Assembly (NCBI GenBank): GCA_903886165.1
Contig: CAISLL010000168.1
Span: 1-35,840 of the forward strand
DNA from: an uncultured beta proteobacterium
Lineage (GTDB): Bacteria; Pseudomonadota; Gammaproteobacteria; Burkholderiales; Burkholderiaceae_C
Length of the DNA stretch: 35,840 nt
Direction of reading: 5' to 3'
Shown: piece by piece, positions 1 through 9,438 of the stretch
Numbering within the stretch: position 1 is the stretch's first letter
Layout: every line of letters starts with the position of its first letter
Notes under the pieces: model-generated
Seen by the model: the letters and a program-made list of their open reading frames with translations, nothing else
Databases searched by the model: none
What the model was told of the DNA's origin: nothing
Program-made: the position numbers and the translations under genes

Positions 1-738
<738 letters not shown>

Positions 739-749
<11 letters not shown>

Positions 750-1209
750 GGTTGTTCTCGAATTTCAGACGGACTTGCCGCAATGTCTGCATGGACGCGA
801 ACTCATCCATCTGCTTCTGTTCCTGGCGTTGCTGAAGACCCATCAGTTCACCCTGGCGCTTTGCCAGCACCTGTTTCAGACTGGCAATGCGAAATTCAGC
901 CTGCAACACCTGCTGCTCCGCCGCCTGAACCTTGGCAGCCGTAGCGCTCAAAGTGCCCTGCTGAAGCACCACTGCCTGCTGCAGCCGCGCCATGAACTGA
1001 TAGTGGTGATGCAACAACTCGGGTGTGGTGCCAACTTGCGCACCAACGGTCCAACGCTGCTCGGTCTCCGTCGCGTATTGCTGCAACTGATCCATCTGGC
1101 CTTGGGCAAACTCATGGCTGCGCCTATGCGCTTGCAGCACAACCATTGCCTGGTCACGCTTGACGATGGCCAGGTCAACGGCGAGACGGATGCTTCTGAA
1201 TTTGGGCAT
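739..1209 (-). CDS. fliJ: Flagellar export protein FliJ
   Basis: 156 aa coiled-coil protein with QLQQYA, YQFMARLQQAV and C-terminal EQKQMDEFA; lies downstream of fliI. Confidence 0.92.
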
Positions 1210-1230
1210 GACGGCTCTGATCCAGTTGAA

Positions 1231-2655
1231 TTATTTGCCAGCCGCCGACACGCCAAGCGCCACCGCCAAGTTGGTCACGCTGTCCTTGAGCGACGCGGAT
1301 TCAAACATGCCCTGCTGCAGAAACTGGAGCATCGGGTCGCGCAGAGCAATGGCTTCATCCAGCGCCCTGTCAGAACCACCGACATAAGCACCGATCTGCA
1401 CCAGATCATGACCCTTCTGGTAACACGAATAGACGGCCTTAAAACGCCGGGCAAGGTCAAAATGCGCTTTTGGCACCACGTTTTGCATCACCCGCGATGC
1501 GGACTGTTCGATGTCGATGGCGGGAAAGTGACCGGATTCAGCCAACGCCCTTGAAAGCACAATGTGCCCGTCCAGAATTGCCCGGGCCGCGTCGGCAATC
1601 GGGTCCTGCTGGTCATCACCTTCGGACAACACAGTGTAGAACGCGGTGATTGACCCCACCCCATGCAGCCCGTTGCCACTGCGTTCCACCAGTTGCGGCA
1701 ATTTGGCAAAACACGAGGGCGGGTAACCTTTCGTGGCTGGCGGTTCGCCTATCGCCAGGGCAATTTCTCGTTGCGCCATGGCATAACGGGTCAGCGAATC
1801 CATCAGCAGCAACACGTGTTTGCCCTTGTCACGAAAGCTTTCAGCCACGGCTGTTGCATAGGCCGCGCCCTGCATGCGCAACATCGGTGGCGCGTCAGCA
1901 GGTGCCGCAACCACCACGGCGCGGTCGCGGCCCTCGTCACCCAGAATGTCCTCAATGAATTCCTTCACCTCGCGGCCACGCTCCCCAATCAGCCCCACCA
2001 CGATCACATCGGCCTTGGTATAGCGCGCCATCATGCCCAGCAACACGCTCTTGCCAACACCTGAGCCGGCAAACAAGCCAATACGCTGGCCGCGGCCAAC
2101 TGTCAGCAGCGCATTGATTGCCCGAATGCCGGTGTCCAGGGTTTCCCGTACCGGAGCGCGGTCCATGGCATTGATCGGTTTGCGGTCCATCGGTACTGCA
2201 GCGACGTTCAAGATGGGACCCTTGTAGTCCATTGGCGCACCGTGCGCATCCACCACTCGACCCAGCAGACCCTCGCCCAAGGGCAACCGCAACACACCCT
2301 GCCCGAATTCACGTTGCACCTGGCGCCGTTCACCAAGGCGTGGCACGGCAACGTAAGCCGGTGCGGGCTCCACACTGGCCCCGCTGGACAATCCGTGCAC
2401 ATCCCCGGCCGGCATCAAAAACGCCCGGTCATTTGAAAAACCTACAACCTCTGCCAACACAGGGGTTTGCGCTTTCATGCGCACCCAGCATTGGGACCCC
2501 ACTGGCGCACGGATACCCGCCGCCTCAAGCACCAGCCCGGTCAGACGCGTGAGCGTGCCGCGCACCTCCAGCGTGGTGCCGGTTTGCACGCGGTGCCTGG
2601 CTTCACTCAGGAAAGCCTGCCATTTCGGTGATGCATCAGCCTGGCTCACAGGCAT
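1231..2655 (-). CDS. fliI: Flagellum-specific export ATPase FliI
   Basis: Walker [47 protein letters not shown]. Start is ATG 2655 or GTG 2649 (GGAGG lies 6 nt before the GTG). Confidence 0.97.
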   Translation of the reverse strand: MPVSQADASPKWQAFLSEARHRVQTGTTLEVRGTLTRLTGLVLEAAGIRAPVGSQCWVRMKAQTPVLAEVVGFSNDRAFLMPAGDVHGLSSGASVEPAPAYVAVPRLGERRQVQREFGQGVLRLPLGEGLLGRVVDAHGAPMDYKGPILNVAAVPMDRKPINAMDRAPVRETLDTGIRAINALLTVGRGQRIGLFAGSGVGKSVLLGMMARYTKADVIVVGLIGERGREVKEFIEDILGDEGRDRAVVVAAPADAPPMLRMQGAAYATAVAESFRDKGKHVLLLMDSLTRYAMAQREIALAIGEPPATKGYPPSCFAKLPQLVERSGNGLHGVGSITAFYTVLSEGDDQQDPIADAARAILDGHIVLSRALAESGHFPAIDIEQSASRVMQNVVPKAHFDLARRFKAVYSCYQKGHDLVQIGAYVGGSDRALDEAIALRDPMLQFLQQGMFESASLKDSVTNLAVALGVSAAGK

Positions 2656-3331
2656 CCTCCCAAGTAGCGTCCAGTCCCAGCGTAGCCACAGCACGCTGCC
2701 AACGTTTTTTCAGCGTCGCATCCACCACCGTGCCAGCCGATTCCACAAGACAGCCACCCTGCTGCAGAGACGAGTCAGCACGCAAAGTCAGGGACATTCC
2801 AGAAAACTCGGTGGACATCAGGCCCTCAAGCACATCCAGGTCAGTAGGGTTCAGGCGCACCAAGGCACTGCGATGTTCGGCCCCCAACAAGTCAATTGCC
2901 TCGCGTATGACCGGCAACAACACGTTGGGATTGAGCGAGAGCTCCTGCCGCAACACCTGGCGCGCGAGTTCGCATGACAACTCCAGGACACCTTGCGCCA
3001 TGTTTTGCTGTGCGGCGTCCAACTCGGCCTGAGCGGCTCTGAATAGCGCGCTGAAAGTCTGAGCGGCTTCCTGCGCCTGTCCAGCCAGGAAAGCCTCCAT
3101 CTGCTTCTGTAACGCTAGCTCGGCCTGAGCCCGACCCTGCGCCATACCCGCGGCGTAACCTGCCTGGTAACTTTTTTGCCGCTCGGCTTCCAGTTGGCTG
3201 TCCCCATGTTCGGCCTCACGCACCTTGACCTGCGCTGCCAGCAGTTGTGCCGCGGTATCAATGGCACCAAAATTCCACTGTGCCACCTCACTAATCTCTT
3301 CACCCGGTATAAAACGCGCGTAGTTTTTCAT
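2636..3331 (-). CDS. fliH: Flagellar assembly protein FliH
   Basis: GxxxG repeats ([11 protein letters not shown]), RLNPTD, GGCLVES; between fliG and fliI. Confidence 0.93.
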   Translation of the reverse strand: MKNYARFIPGEEISEVAQWNFGAIDTAAQLLAAQVKVREAEHGDSQLEAERQKSYQAGYAAGMAQGRAQAELALQKQMEAFLAGQAQEAAQTFSALFRAAQAELDAAQQNMAQGVLELSCELARQVLRQELSLNPNVLLPVIREAIDLLGAEHRSALVRLNPTDLDVLEGLMSTEFSGMSLTLRADSSLQQGGCLVESAGTVVDATLKKRWQRAVATLGLDATWEDACEPG

Positions 3332-3333
3332 GT

Positions 3334-4332
3334 TCACACCATGGCGTCTTCGGTACCGCCACCAATCACAATGGTGCCCTCGTCGGCAAGGCGACGCACC
3401 ACCTTCAGGATTTCCTTCTGCTGTGCTTCCACTTCCGAAAGACGCATGGGCCCGCGTGACTCAAGATCTTCACGCAAGGTCTCGGCCGCACGGGTCGACA
3501 TGTTGGCCAAAATCTTGTCCTTGAGTTCTGGCTGCGCACCTTTGAGTGCCACTATGAGAACGTCAGACGAGATTTCCTTGAGCACGGTCTGAATCGATTT
3601 GTCATCGAGCTTGATCACATCGTCAAAGACAAACATCTTGTCCATGATCTTTTGCGCCAGGTCGGGGTCATGGTTGCGAATGGATTCAATCACCGTGCCT
3701 TCAATAGCGGTACCCATCTGGTTGATCATCTCCGCTGCCGCCTTGATGCCGCCCAGCGAGGACTTGCGCATCTTGTCGCTACCGGCCAGCACCTTGAACA
3801 AAACCTCATTGAGGTCCTTCAATGCAGATGGCTGAATACCTTCCATGGTGGCCACCCGCAGCATTACTTCGTTGCGCTGACGCTCGATGAAAAATTTCAG
3901 AATGTCAGCAGCCTGATCAAAGTCAAGGTGAACCAGAATGGCCGCCACAATTTGCGGATGCTCATTGCGCAGCAACTCCGCAACGCTTGATGGCTCCATC
4001 CACTTCAGGCTTTCGATACCTGACACATCACCACCCTGCAAAATGCGATCAATCAAAAGGGCTGCCTTGTCATCTCCCAAAGCCCGTTTGAGCACCGAGC
4101 GAACATAGTCCCCCGAGTTGGAGACCAGCAAGCTCTGGGCCGCTGCCACGCCGGTGAATTTGTCCACCACATCATTGACCCGCTCCCGGGTAATGGCCTT
4201 GGTTTTGGCAATGGCTTCGCCCAGCTTCTGCACCTCTTTAGGCGACAAATGCTTGAATACCTCTGAGGCCTCGGATTCACCCAGAGACATCATCAGAATG
4301 GCAGCGTCTTCCAGTCCGTCAGTTTGCGACAT
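3334..4332 (-). CDS. fliG: Flagellar motor switch protein FliG
   Basis: AAILMMSLGE, EHPQIVAAIL, GGIKAAAE, MFVFDD, NMSTRAA. Confidence 0.97.
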   Translation of the reverse strand: MSQTDGLEDAAILMMSLGESEASEVFKHLSPKEVQKLGEAIAKTKAITRERVNDVVDKFTGVAAAQSLLVSNSGDYVRSVLKRALGDDKAALLIDRILQGGDVSGIESLKWMEPSSVAELLRNEHPQIVAAILVHLDFDQAADILKFFIERQRNEVMLRVATMEGIQPSALKDLNEVLFKVLAGSDKMRKSSLGGIKAAAEMINQMGTAIEGTVIESIRNHDPDLAQKIMDKMFVFDDVIKLDDKSIQTVLKEISSDVLIVALKGAQPELKDKILANMSTRAAETLREDLESRGPMRLSEVEAQQKEILKVVRRLADEGTIVIGGGTEDAMV

Positions 4333-4379
4333 GTTTCATTATCCTAATCAATGCCTGGACAGACCCTGGTAGCACCGCG

Positions 4380-6059
4380 TCAAGCGGGCGCTTCACCATT
4401 TATCCAAGTCTTGACAATGTTAGCCACTGCCGCCGGGTTGTCACGGGTTAATTTGCGGGCATCTTCCAATGCCAGGTCAGCCTGAGTGGGCTCGGTCGGC
4501 TTGCTCACAGGTGCTGCCAGCATCGGCCTGACTGGCTCATCTGCTTCAATGGCATCGAGCTGGCCGGTGCGCTCAACCTGTTGTGGCAAGGGCTGCGCCA
4601 GCACCTTCAATGCCGGGCGCACCGCACCCATCAGCACCAGGGCGCCAAAAAACAAGGTTCCAAGCGGCCAGGCCAGGCTGCGTGCCAAGTCCAGCAACTC
4701 AGGTTGCTGCCACCAGGGCAAGGGTTCCAAATTGACTTTTTCCTTGGTGAACGGCACTGTCACCACATTGATGGTATCGCCACGGTCCTTGCTGAAACCA
4801 ATGGTTTCACGGACCAGCGCAGTCATTTTTTCCAATTGGGCGTCGCTCATGGCGGCGGTGGTGACCTTGCCCTTGGCGTCCGTGCTGGTTTGGTGATTGA
4901 GGATGACGGCAGCGCTGATGCGCTTGACCACGCCCGTACTGCCCCGCACCACCCGCACCGTCTTGTCGACCTCGTAATTGATGACAGACTCACGCCGCCC
5001 CCCGGCACCCACCGCCCCGGTGGATGCACCTGCGGCAGTGACAGTCTGAGGCGCGCCATTGATTGGGGCAGCAGACGGTCCCGGTGGCTGATTGGTGGTG
5101 GCACCCGGCACACCGGTGGGCGGGTTGGCGCCGGCAGCACCGGCACCACTTTCAAGCAATTGCTGGCTGCGAATTGCTGAAGCATCAGGCGTCTGATTCG
5201 GCTTGAACAACTCCGAAGTAGATTCAGTCTGGGAAAAATCCAGTTCCGCCGTGACCTGCGCCCGCACATTCTGCCTGCCCACCACGGGTTCCAGAATGTC
5301 AAGGATTCGGCTGCTGTAAAGCTGCTCGATCTGCTGCACGTATTGCAACTGCTGCGCGTCCGCCCCCAGTCCGCCGCCAGCTTCTGCAGGCGTCGAAAGC
5401 AGTTTGCCACTTTCATCCAGCACGCTCACCGCCTTGGGGTCCATCTCCGGGACACTTGATGACACCAGATGAATAATCCCTGCGAGCTGCCCGCGGTCCA
5501 GCGTGCGCCCGGCATTCAGGCCCACCATCACGGATGCAGACGGTTTTTGCTGTTCACGAAAGAATCCGTTCTGGTTGGGCAATGCCAGATGCACCCGCGC
5601 GCTCTGCACGGACGCCATCGTCTGGATGGTGCGGGTCAACTCGCCTTCGAGCCCGCGCTGGAAGGTCAGCCGCTCCTGAAATTGCGTCATGCCAAAACGG
5701 TTGGCGTTGTCCATCAGTTCAAACCCGGTCACTGCACCCTTGGGCAAGCCTTGTGAGGCCAACTTCAGACGGGTGTCATAAACCTTGTCAGCGGGCACCA
5801 GAATGGCACCGCCACCGGATGCATATTGGTAAGGAACATTCATCTGCGACAGCTGCGCCACCACCGCGCCTCCATCCTTGTCCGGTAAGTTGGCATACAA
5901 CACGCGCCATTCAGCCTGGCGGCCCATCATCAAACCCACAATACCAATCGCAACGAACAGCACAACTCCAACCCCCAAACGCAGTTTTTGGGACTGGTCC
6001 AGGCCAGCCAGGCGCTGGCCAAATGTCGGGTTAACGGGGATAGCAAGAGCGGCGGTCAT
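4380..6059 (-). CDS. fliF: Flagellar M-ring protein FliF
   Basis: N-terminal TM segment, GFELMD, GLEGELTRTI, ARVHLALP, PSASV, NYEVDK, C-terminal TM segment. ATG 6059 has a GGAAGA SD-like sequence upstream. Confidence 0.97.
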   Translation of the reverse strand: MTAALAIPVNPTFGQRLAGLDQSQKLRLGVGVVLFVAIGIVGLMMGRQAEWRVLYANLPDKDGGAVVAQLSQMNVPYQYASGGGAILVPADKVYDTRLKLASQGLPKGAVTGFELMDNANRFGMTQFQERLTFQRGLEGELTRTIQTMASVQSARVHLALPNQNGFFREQQKPSASVMVGLNAGRTLDRGQLAGIIHLVSSSVPEMDPKAVSVLDESGKLLSTPAEAGGGLGADAQQLQYVQQIEQLYSSRILDILEPVVGRQNVRAQVTAELDFSQTESTSELFKPNQTPDASAIRSQQLLESGAGAAGANPPTGVPGATTNQPPGPSAAPINGAPQTVTAAGASTGAVGAGGRRESVINYEVDKTVRVVRGSTGVVKRISAAVILNHQTSTDAKGKVTTAAMSDAQLEKMTALVRETIGFSKDRGDTINVVTVPFTKEKVNLEPLPWWQQPELLDLARSLAWPLGTLFFGALVLMGAVRPALKVLAQPLPQQVERTGQLDAIEADEPVRPMLAAPVSKPTEPTQADLALEDARKLTRDNPAAVANIVKTWINGEAPA

Positions 6060-6099
6060 ATATATCTTCCATGGCAAAAGGACGTGGTTCGCCTTTGGT

Positions 6100-6200
6100 G
6101 CGGTTGATTATTGGCCCCACCCCCCAAAACATTAGGTCGAAAAGAGCGGCATTTACCCCCTACTTCAAATTAATGTTTTGGCAAGTGCGTTGCTAGCATC
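6100..6200. promoter_or_regulatory. Divergent fliF/fliE promoter region
   Basis: Minus strand has CCGCTCTTTTC...AATAAT (6107-6112), resembling an FlhDC class II layout. Plus strand has TGCTAGCAT (extended -10-like) overlapping TTGGCAAGTGCGTTGCT (sigma54-like, 6178-6194). Motif resemblance only. Confidence 0.45.
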
Positions 6201-6235
6201 CATGTCAACCCGCATATTCAAAGGGCGCACACACC

Positions 6236-6553
6236 ATGAACCTCAGACTTACTCCTAACACCATGCCGGTTGCGGTTCACCCGAACCTGTCAGCAGGTTT
6301 GTCGAAACCCCAAGTGGGCGGTGCCGAGGCTGGGGGATTCTCTGGCGCCCTGAAGAACGCCCTTGGATCGGTCAGCGCCGCCCAGAACGAAGCAACCCGA
6401 CTGCAGCGCGAAGTCCAGTTTGAAAACCCGAAAGTGAGCCTGGAAGAAACCATGGTAGCCATTCAAAAAGCCCAGATCGGCTTCCAGGCCACCTTGCATG
6501 TGCGCAACCGCATGGTGCAAGCCTATACCGACATCATGAACATGCAGGTTTGA
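6236..6553 (+). CDS. fliE: Flagellar hook-basal body protein FliE
   Basis: C-terminal VRNRMVQAYTDIMNMQV signature; divergent from fliF. Confidence 0.96.
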   Translation: MNLRLTPNTMPVAVHPNLSAGLSKPQVGGAEAGGFSGALKNALGSVSAAQNEATRLQREVQFENPKVSLEETMVAIQKAQIGFQATLHVRNRMVQAYTDIMNMQV

Positions 6554-6642
6554 GCACAAACTCTGCTACCCCCACTCAAAGCAAGGTGAATCAAACTCTC
6601 CTGTGATTGAATCGACATCCAACAGCGTTGGGCTGACCCACA

Positions 6643-7875
6643 TCACTTCACCAGTTGGTTAAGCTGGATGATCGGCAGCAGAACCGCCAGCACAATCAGC
6701 ATCACTACCAGGCCCATCGCCACAATCAGCAATGGCTCCAGCACTGTGGCGAACTGCATGGCGCGGCGTTGTACCTCGGTGCTGAGCTGGGTGGCCGCGC
6801 GCTGCAGCATCACCGGCAATTGACCGGTTTGCTCGCCCAGACGCGCAAACATGGACAACAGACCCGGAAAGCGCTTTTTTTGCGCAAGCGCAGAGGCCAG
6901 CGGCGCACCCTCGCGCACCAACACCAGTGCATCCTGCGCATCGGCGCGCATGGCGCGATTGCTCAGGGTTTCAGAGGCCGCCTGCAAAGCTTTCAGAATA
7001 GGCACACCGGCAGCAGCCAACATTGCCAGTGTGCCGGCAAAACGCGCCGAGTTGTAGCTGCGCGACATCTTGCCAATGATCGGCAGCGTGAGCCAGGCAG
7101 CGTCAAACTTTTGCTGCAACTGCTCGTTCTTCAGGGCAACGCGGCCAGCCAGCGCGCCCAACACCATGACAAGCAGCAGCAGCCAGCCATAACTCCGCAG
7201 GAAGCTGCTAACCGCAATCATGATGACTGTGAGCAGCGGCAGCGCACGTTTGCTGCTGGCAAAGACATTGGCCACCTGTGGCACCACATAAGTCACCAGA
7301 AACAGCACGATGACAATGGCCACCAGCGACACGATGGCCGGGTAAAGCGCCGCGCCAATCAATTTAGATTTCAGTGCCTGCTGCGCCTCCAGGTCATCCG
7401 CCAGACGCTCCAGAACCAACCCCAGATTGCCACTTTGTTCACCGGCACCAACCACCGCAACAAAAATTGGCGAAAACTCGCGCGTGTGTTGTGACAGCGC
7501 CTTGGCAAACGGCGCACCGCCATTGACCTCGGCGCGCAGCATAGCCACCAGCTCACGCTCAGGCGCTTTTTCGGCCTCATCAGACAGGCTGGTAAGCGCT
7601 CGCTCCAGCGGCAAGCCAGAAGACACCAGACCCGCAAGCTGGCGCGTCCAGATGCTCAGTTCGGTGGCGCTGAACACTCGGGCGCGCCTGCCAAAGCCCG
7701 TGCCTGCATTGTCCTTGCGGGCCGGGTCAGACAGGGCGCTGACTTGCTCCACCTTGAGCGGCACCAGCGCCTGGCCTCGTAGCTGGGCGCGTGCGGCCTT
7801 GGCAGAATCGGCTTCAATCACGCCCTTGCGGGTGTCACCGGAGGCGCTGATGGCTTCAAAGGAATAGACGGGCAT
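6643..7875 (-). CDS. gspF: T2SS inner membrane platform protein GspF
   Basis: RQLAGLVSSGLPLERAL, GEQSGNL, ALYPAIV, LEPLLIVAMG; two T2SSF repeats. Confidence 0.96.
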   Translation of the reverse strand: MPVYSFEAISASGDTRKGVIEADSAKAARAQLRGQALVPLKVEQVSALSDPARKDNAGTGFGRRARVFSATELSIWTRQLAGLVSSGLPLERALTSLSDEAEKAPERELVAMLRAEVNGGAPFAKALSQHTREFSPIFVAVVGAGEQSGNLGLVLERLADDLEAQQALKSKLIGAALYPAIVSLVAIVIVLFLVTYVVPQVANVFASSKRALPLLTVIMIAVSSFLRSYGWLLLLVMVLGALAGRVALKNEQLQQKFDAAWLTLPIIGKMSRSYNSARFAGTLAMLAAAGVPILKALQAASETLSNRAMRADAQDALVLVREGAPLASALAQKKRFPGLLSMFARLGEQTGQLPVMLQRAATQLSTEVQRRAMQFATVLEPLLIVAMGLVVMLIVLAVLLPIIQLNQLVK

Positions 7876-7896
7876 GATGATGGTTGGCTGTCACGC

Positions 7897-9417
7897 TCAG
7901 TCGCGCGTCACCCGCAGCAATTCAGCACGGGAAGTGACCCCTTGGCGCACCAGGCGTTCTCCGTCTTCGCGCATCAACACCATGCCTGCAGCCAGGGCGG
8001 CGGTGCGAATGTCGGCCTCGCTGGCGCGGTTATGGATTTGGGCGCGGATGGCGTCGTCGGTGACCAGCAACTCAAAGACACCGCTGCGGCCGCTGTAGCC
8101 GGTGTGGCCGCACTTGTCGCAGCCAGCTGGATGGTATTCGGCTTGACTGAGGGAATTGGGAGTAGAGCCCGAGCGTTGCGCAGCGCCGGCGTTATTGGGG
8201 TCAGAGCCCAAGTTTTGCTGCGCAAAATTGGGATCCGACCCCAAAACCGCCTCAACGGGTTGTTTGCAGTGCGGGCACAACTTGCGTACCAGGCGCTGCG
8301 CCAGCACGCCAAGCAGACTGGAACTGAGCAAAAATGGCTCGACACCCATGTCGGTCAGGCGGGTGACGGCACTGGCCGCATCGTTGGTGTGCAGCGTGGC
8401 CAGCACCAGGTGCCCGGTCAGGGACGCCTGAATGGCGATTTGTGCGGTCTCAAAGTCGCGGATTTCACCAATCATGATGATGTCAGGGTCTTGCCGCAGG
8501 ATGGCGCGCAGGGCCTTGGCAAACGTCAAATCAATTTTCGGGTTGACCTGGGTCTGGCCGACGCCGGCCAACTCGTATTCAATCGGGTCTTCCACCGTCA
8601 TGATGTTGTTGCCGTTGGCGTCCAGCCGTTGCAGGGCCGCGTACAGGGTGGTGGTTTTGCCGGAACCGGTGGGGCCGGTGACCAACACAATACCGTGCGG
8701 CTGGGTCACCAGTTGCTCAAATTTTCGCAGCACTTCGCCTTGCATTCCCAAGGCTTCAAGGCTCAATTTGCCTTCTGATTTATCCAGTAGGCGCAGCACC
8801 GCACGTTCGCCATGGGCGCTGGGAATGGTGCTGACACGCACATCCACCGCCCGTGTGCCAATGCGCAGGGAAATACGACCGTCTTGCGGCAGGCGACGCT
8901 CGGCAATGTCGAGCTCGGCCATGATTTTCAGGCGCGAAATCAGCGCGGCGTGTAACGCCCGGTTTGGCTGCACCACCTCGCGCAAGGTGCCATCGACCCG
9001 AAAACGCACACTTGAGTGACGCTCATAGGGCTCGATGTGGATGTCGCTGGCGCCGTCGCGCGCGGCTTGTGTCAAAAGCGCATTGAGCATGCGGATGATG
9101 GGCGCGTCGTCCGAGGTTTCCAGCAAGTCTTCAATCGCCGGCAGGTCTTGCATCATCCTGGAAAGGTCGGCATCACTCTCCACCTCACTCACAACCGCCG
9201 CCGCGCTCGACTCGCCTTGGGCATACGCCACGCTGATGCGCTGTACCAAGGCATTGGCAGGCTGAATTTGAAGCTGCAGTTGCGGGTACTTGCGGCAGAC
9301 CTCGCTCACGGCAGCGGCGTTGGACGCAGGGTGCAGCCACAGCGTCAGGGTGTCTGCATCGTCTTCCAGCAGCAACTGGTGCGTGCGGGCAAAAGCGTAA
9401 GGCAATGGGTAACGCAT
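7897..9417 (-). CDS. gspE: T2SS ATPase GspE
   Basis: ASDIHIEP, Walker [32 protein letters not shown], His box [13 protein letters not shown], tetracysteine motif CPHC...CDKC. Confidence 0.97.
   Translation of the reverse strand: MRYPLPYAFARTHQLLLEDDADTLTLWLHPASNAAAVSEVCRKYPQLQLQIQPANALVQRISVAYAQGESSAAAVVSEVESDADLSRMMQDLPAIEDLLETSDDAPIIRMLNALLTQAARDGASDIHIEPYERHSSVRFRVDGTLREVVQPNRALHAALISRLKIMAELDIAERRLPQDGRISLRIGTRAVDVRVSTIPSAHGERAVLRLLDKSEGKLSLEALGMQGEVLRKFEQLVTQPHGIVLVTGPTGSGKTTTLYAALQRLDANGNNIMTVEDPIEYELAGVGQTQVNPKIDLTFAKALRAILRQDPDIIMIGEIRDFETAQIAIQASLTGHLVLATLHTNDAASAVTRLTDMGVEPFLLSSSLLGVLAQRLVRKLCPHCKQPVEAVLGSDPNFAQQNLGSDPNNAGAAQRSGSTPNSLSQAEYHPAGCDKCGHTGYSGRSGVFELLVTDDAIRAQIHNRASEADIRTAALAAGMVLMREDGERLVRQGVTSRAELLRVTRD
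8156..8244. repeat. Array of three 17-bp palindromic units TTGGG-N7-CCC(A/G)A inside gspE (REP/BIME-like)
   Basis: TTGGGAGTAGAGCCCGA 8156-8172, TTGGGGTCAGAGCCCAA 8195-8211, TTGGGATCCGACCCCAA 8228-8244. Units 2 and 3 form a 50-bp inverted repeat around TTTTGC-TGC-GCAAAA. Confidence 0.85.
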
Positions 9418-9438
9418 AGCGCAATTCCGGGCTGCGGA

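Noticed and set aside
3103-3119. GCTTCTGTAACGCTAGC in fliH as another element copy
   Set aside because: Only the GCT..AGC ends match; no downstream anchors in either direction and no clear AT-rich island.
6554-6642. Functional link or island boundary between the flagellar and T2SS clusters
   Set aside because: An ordinary 89-bp convergent gap with no repeats, mobility genes or convincing terminator; adjacency alone is not evidence.
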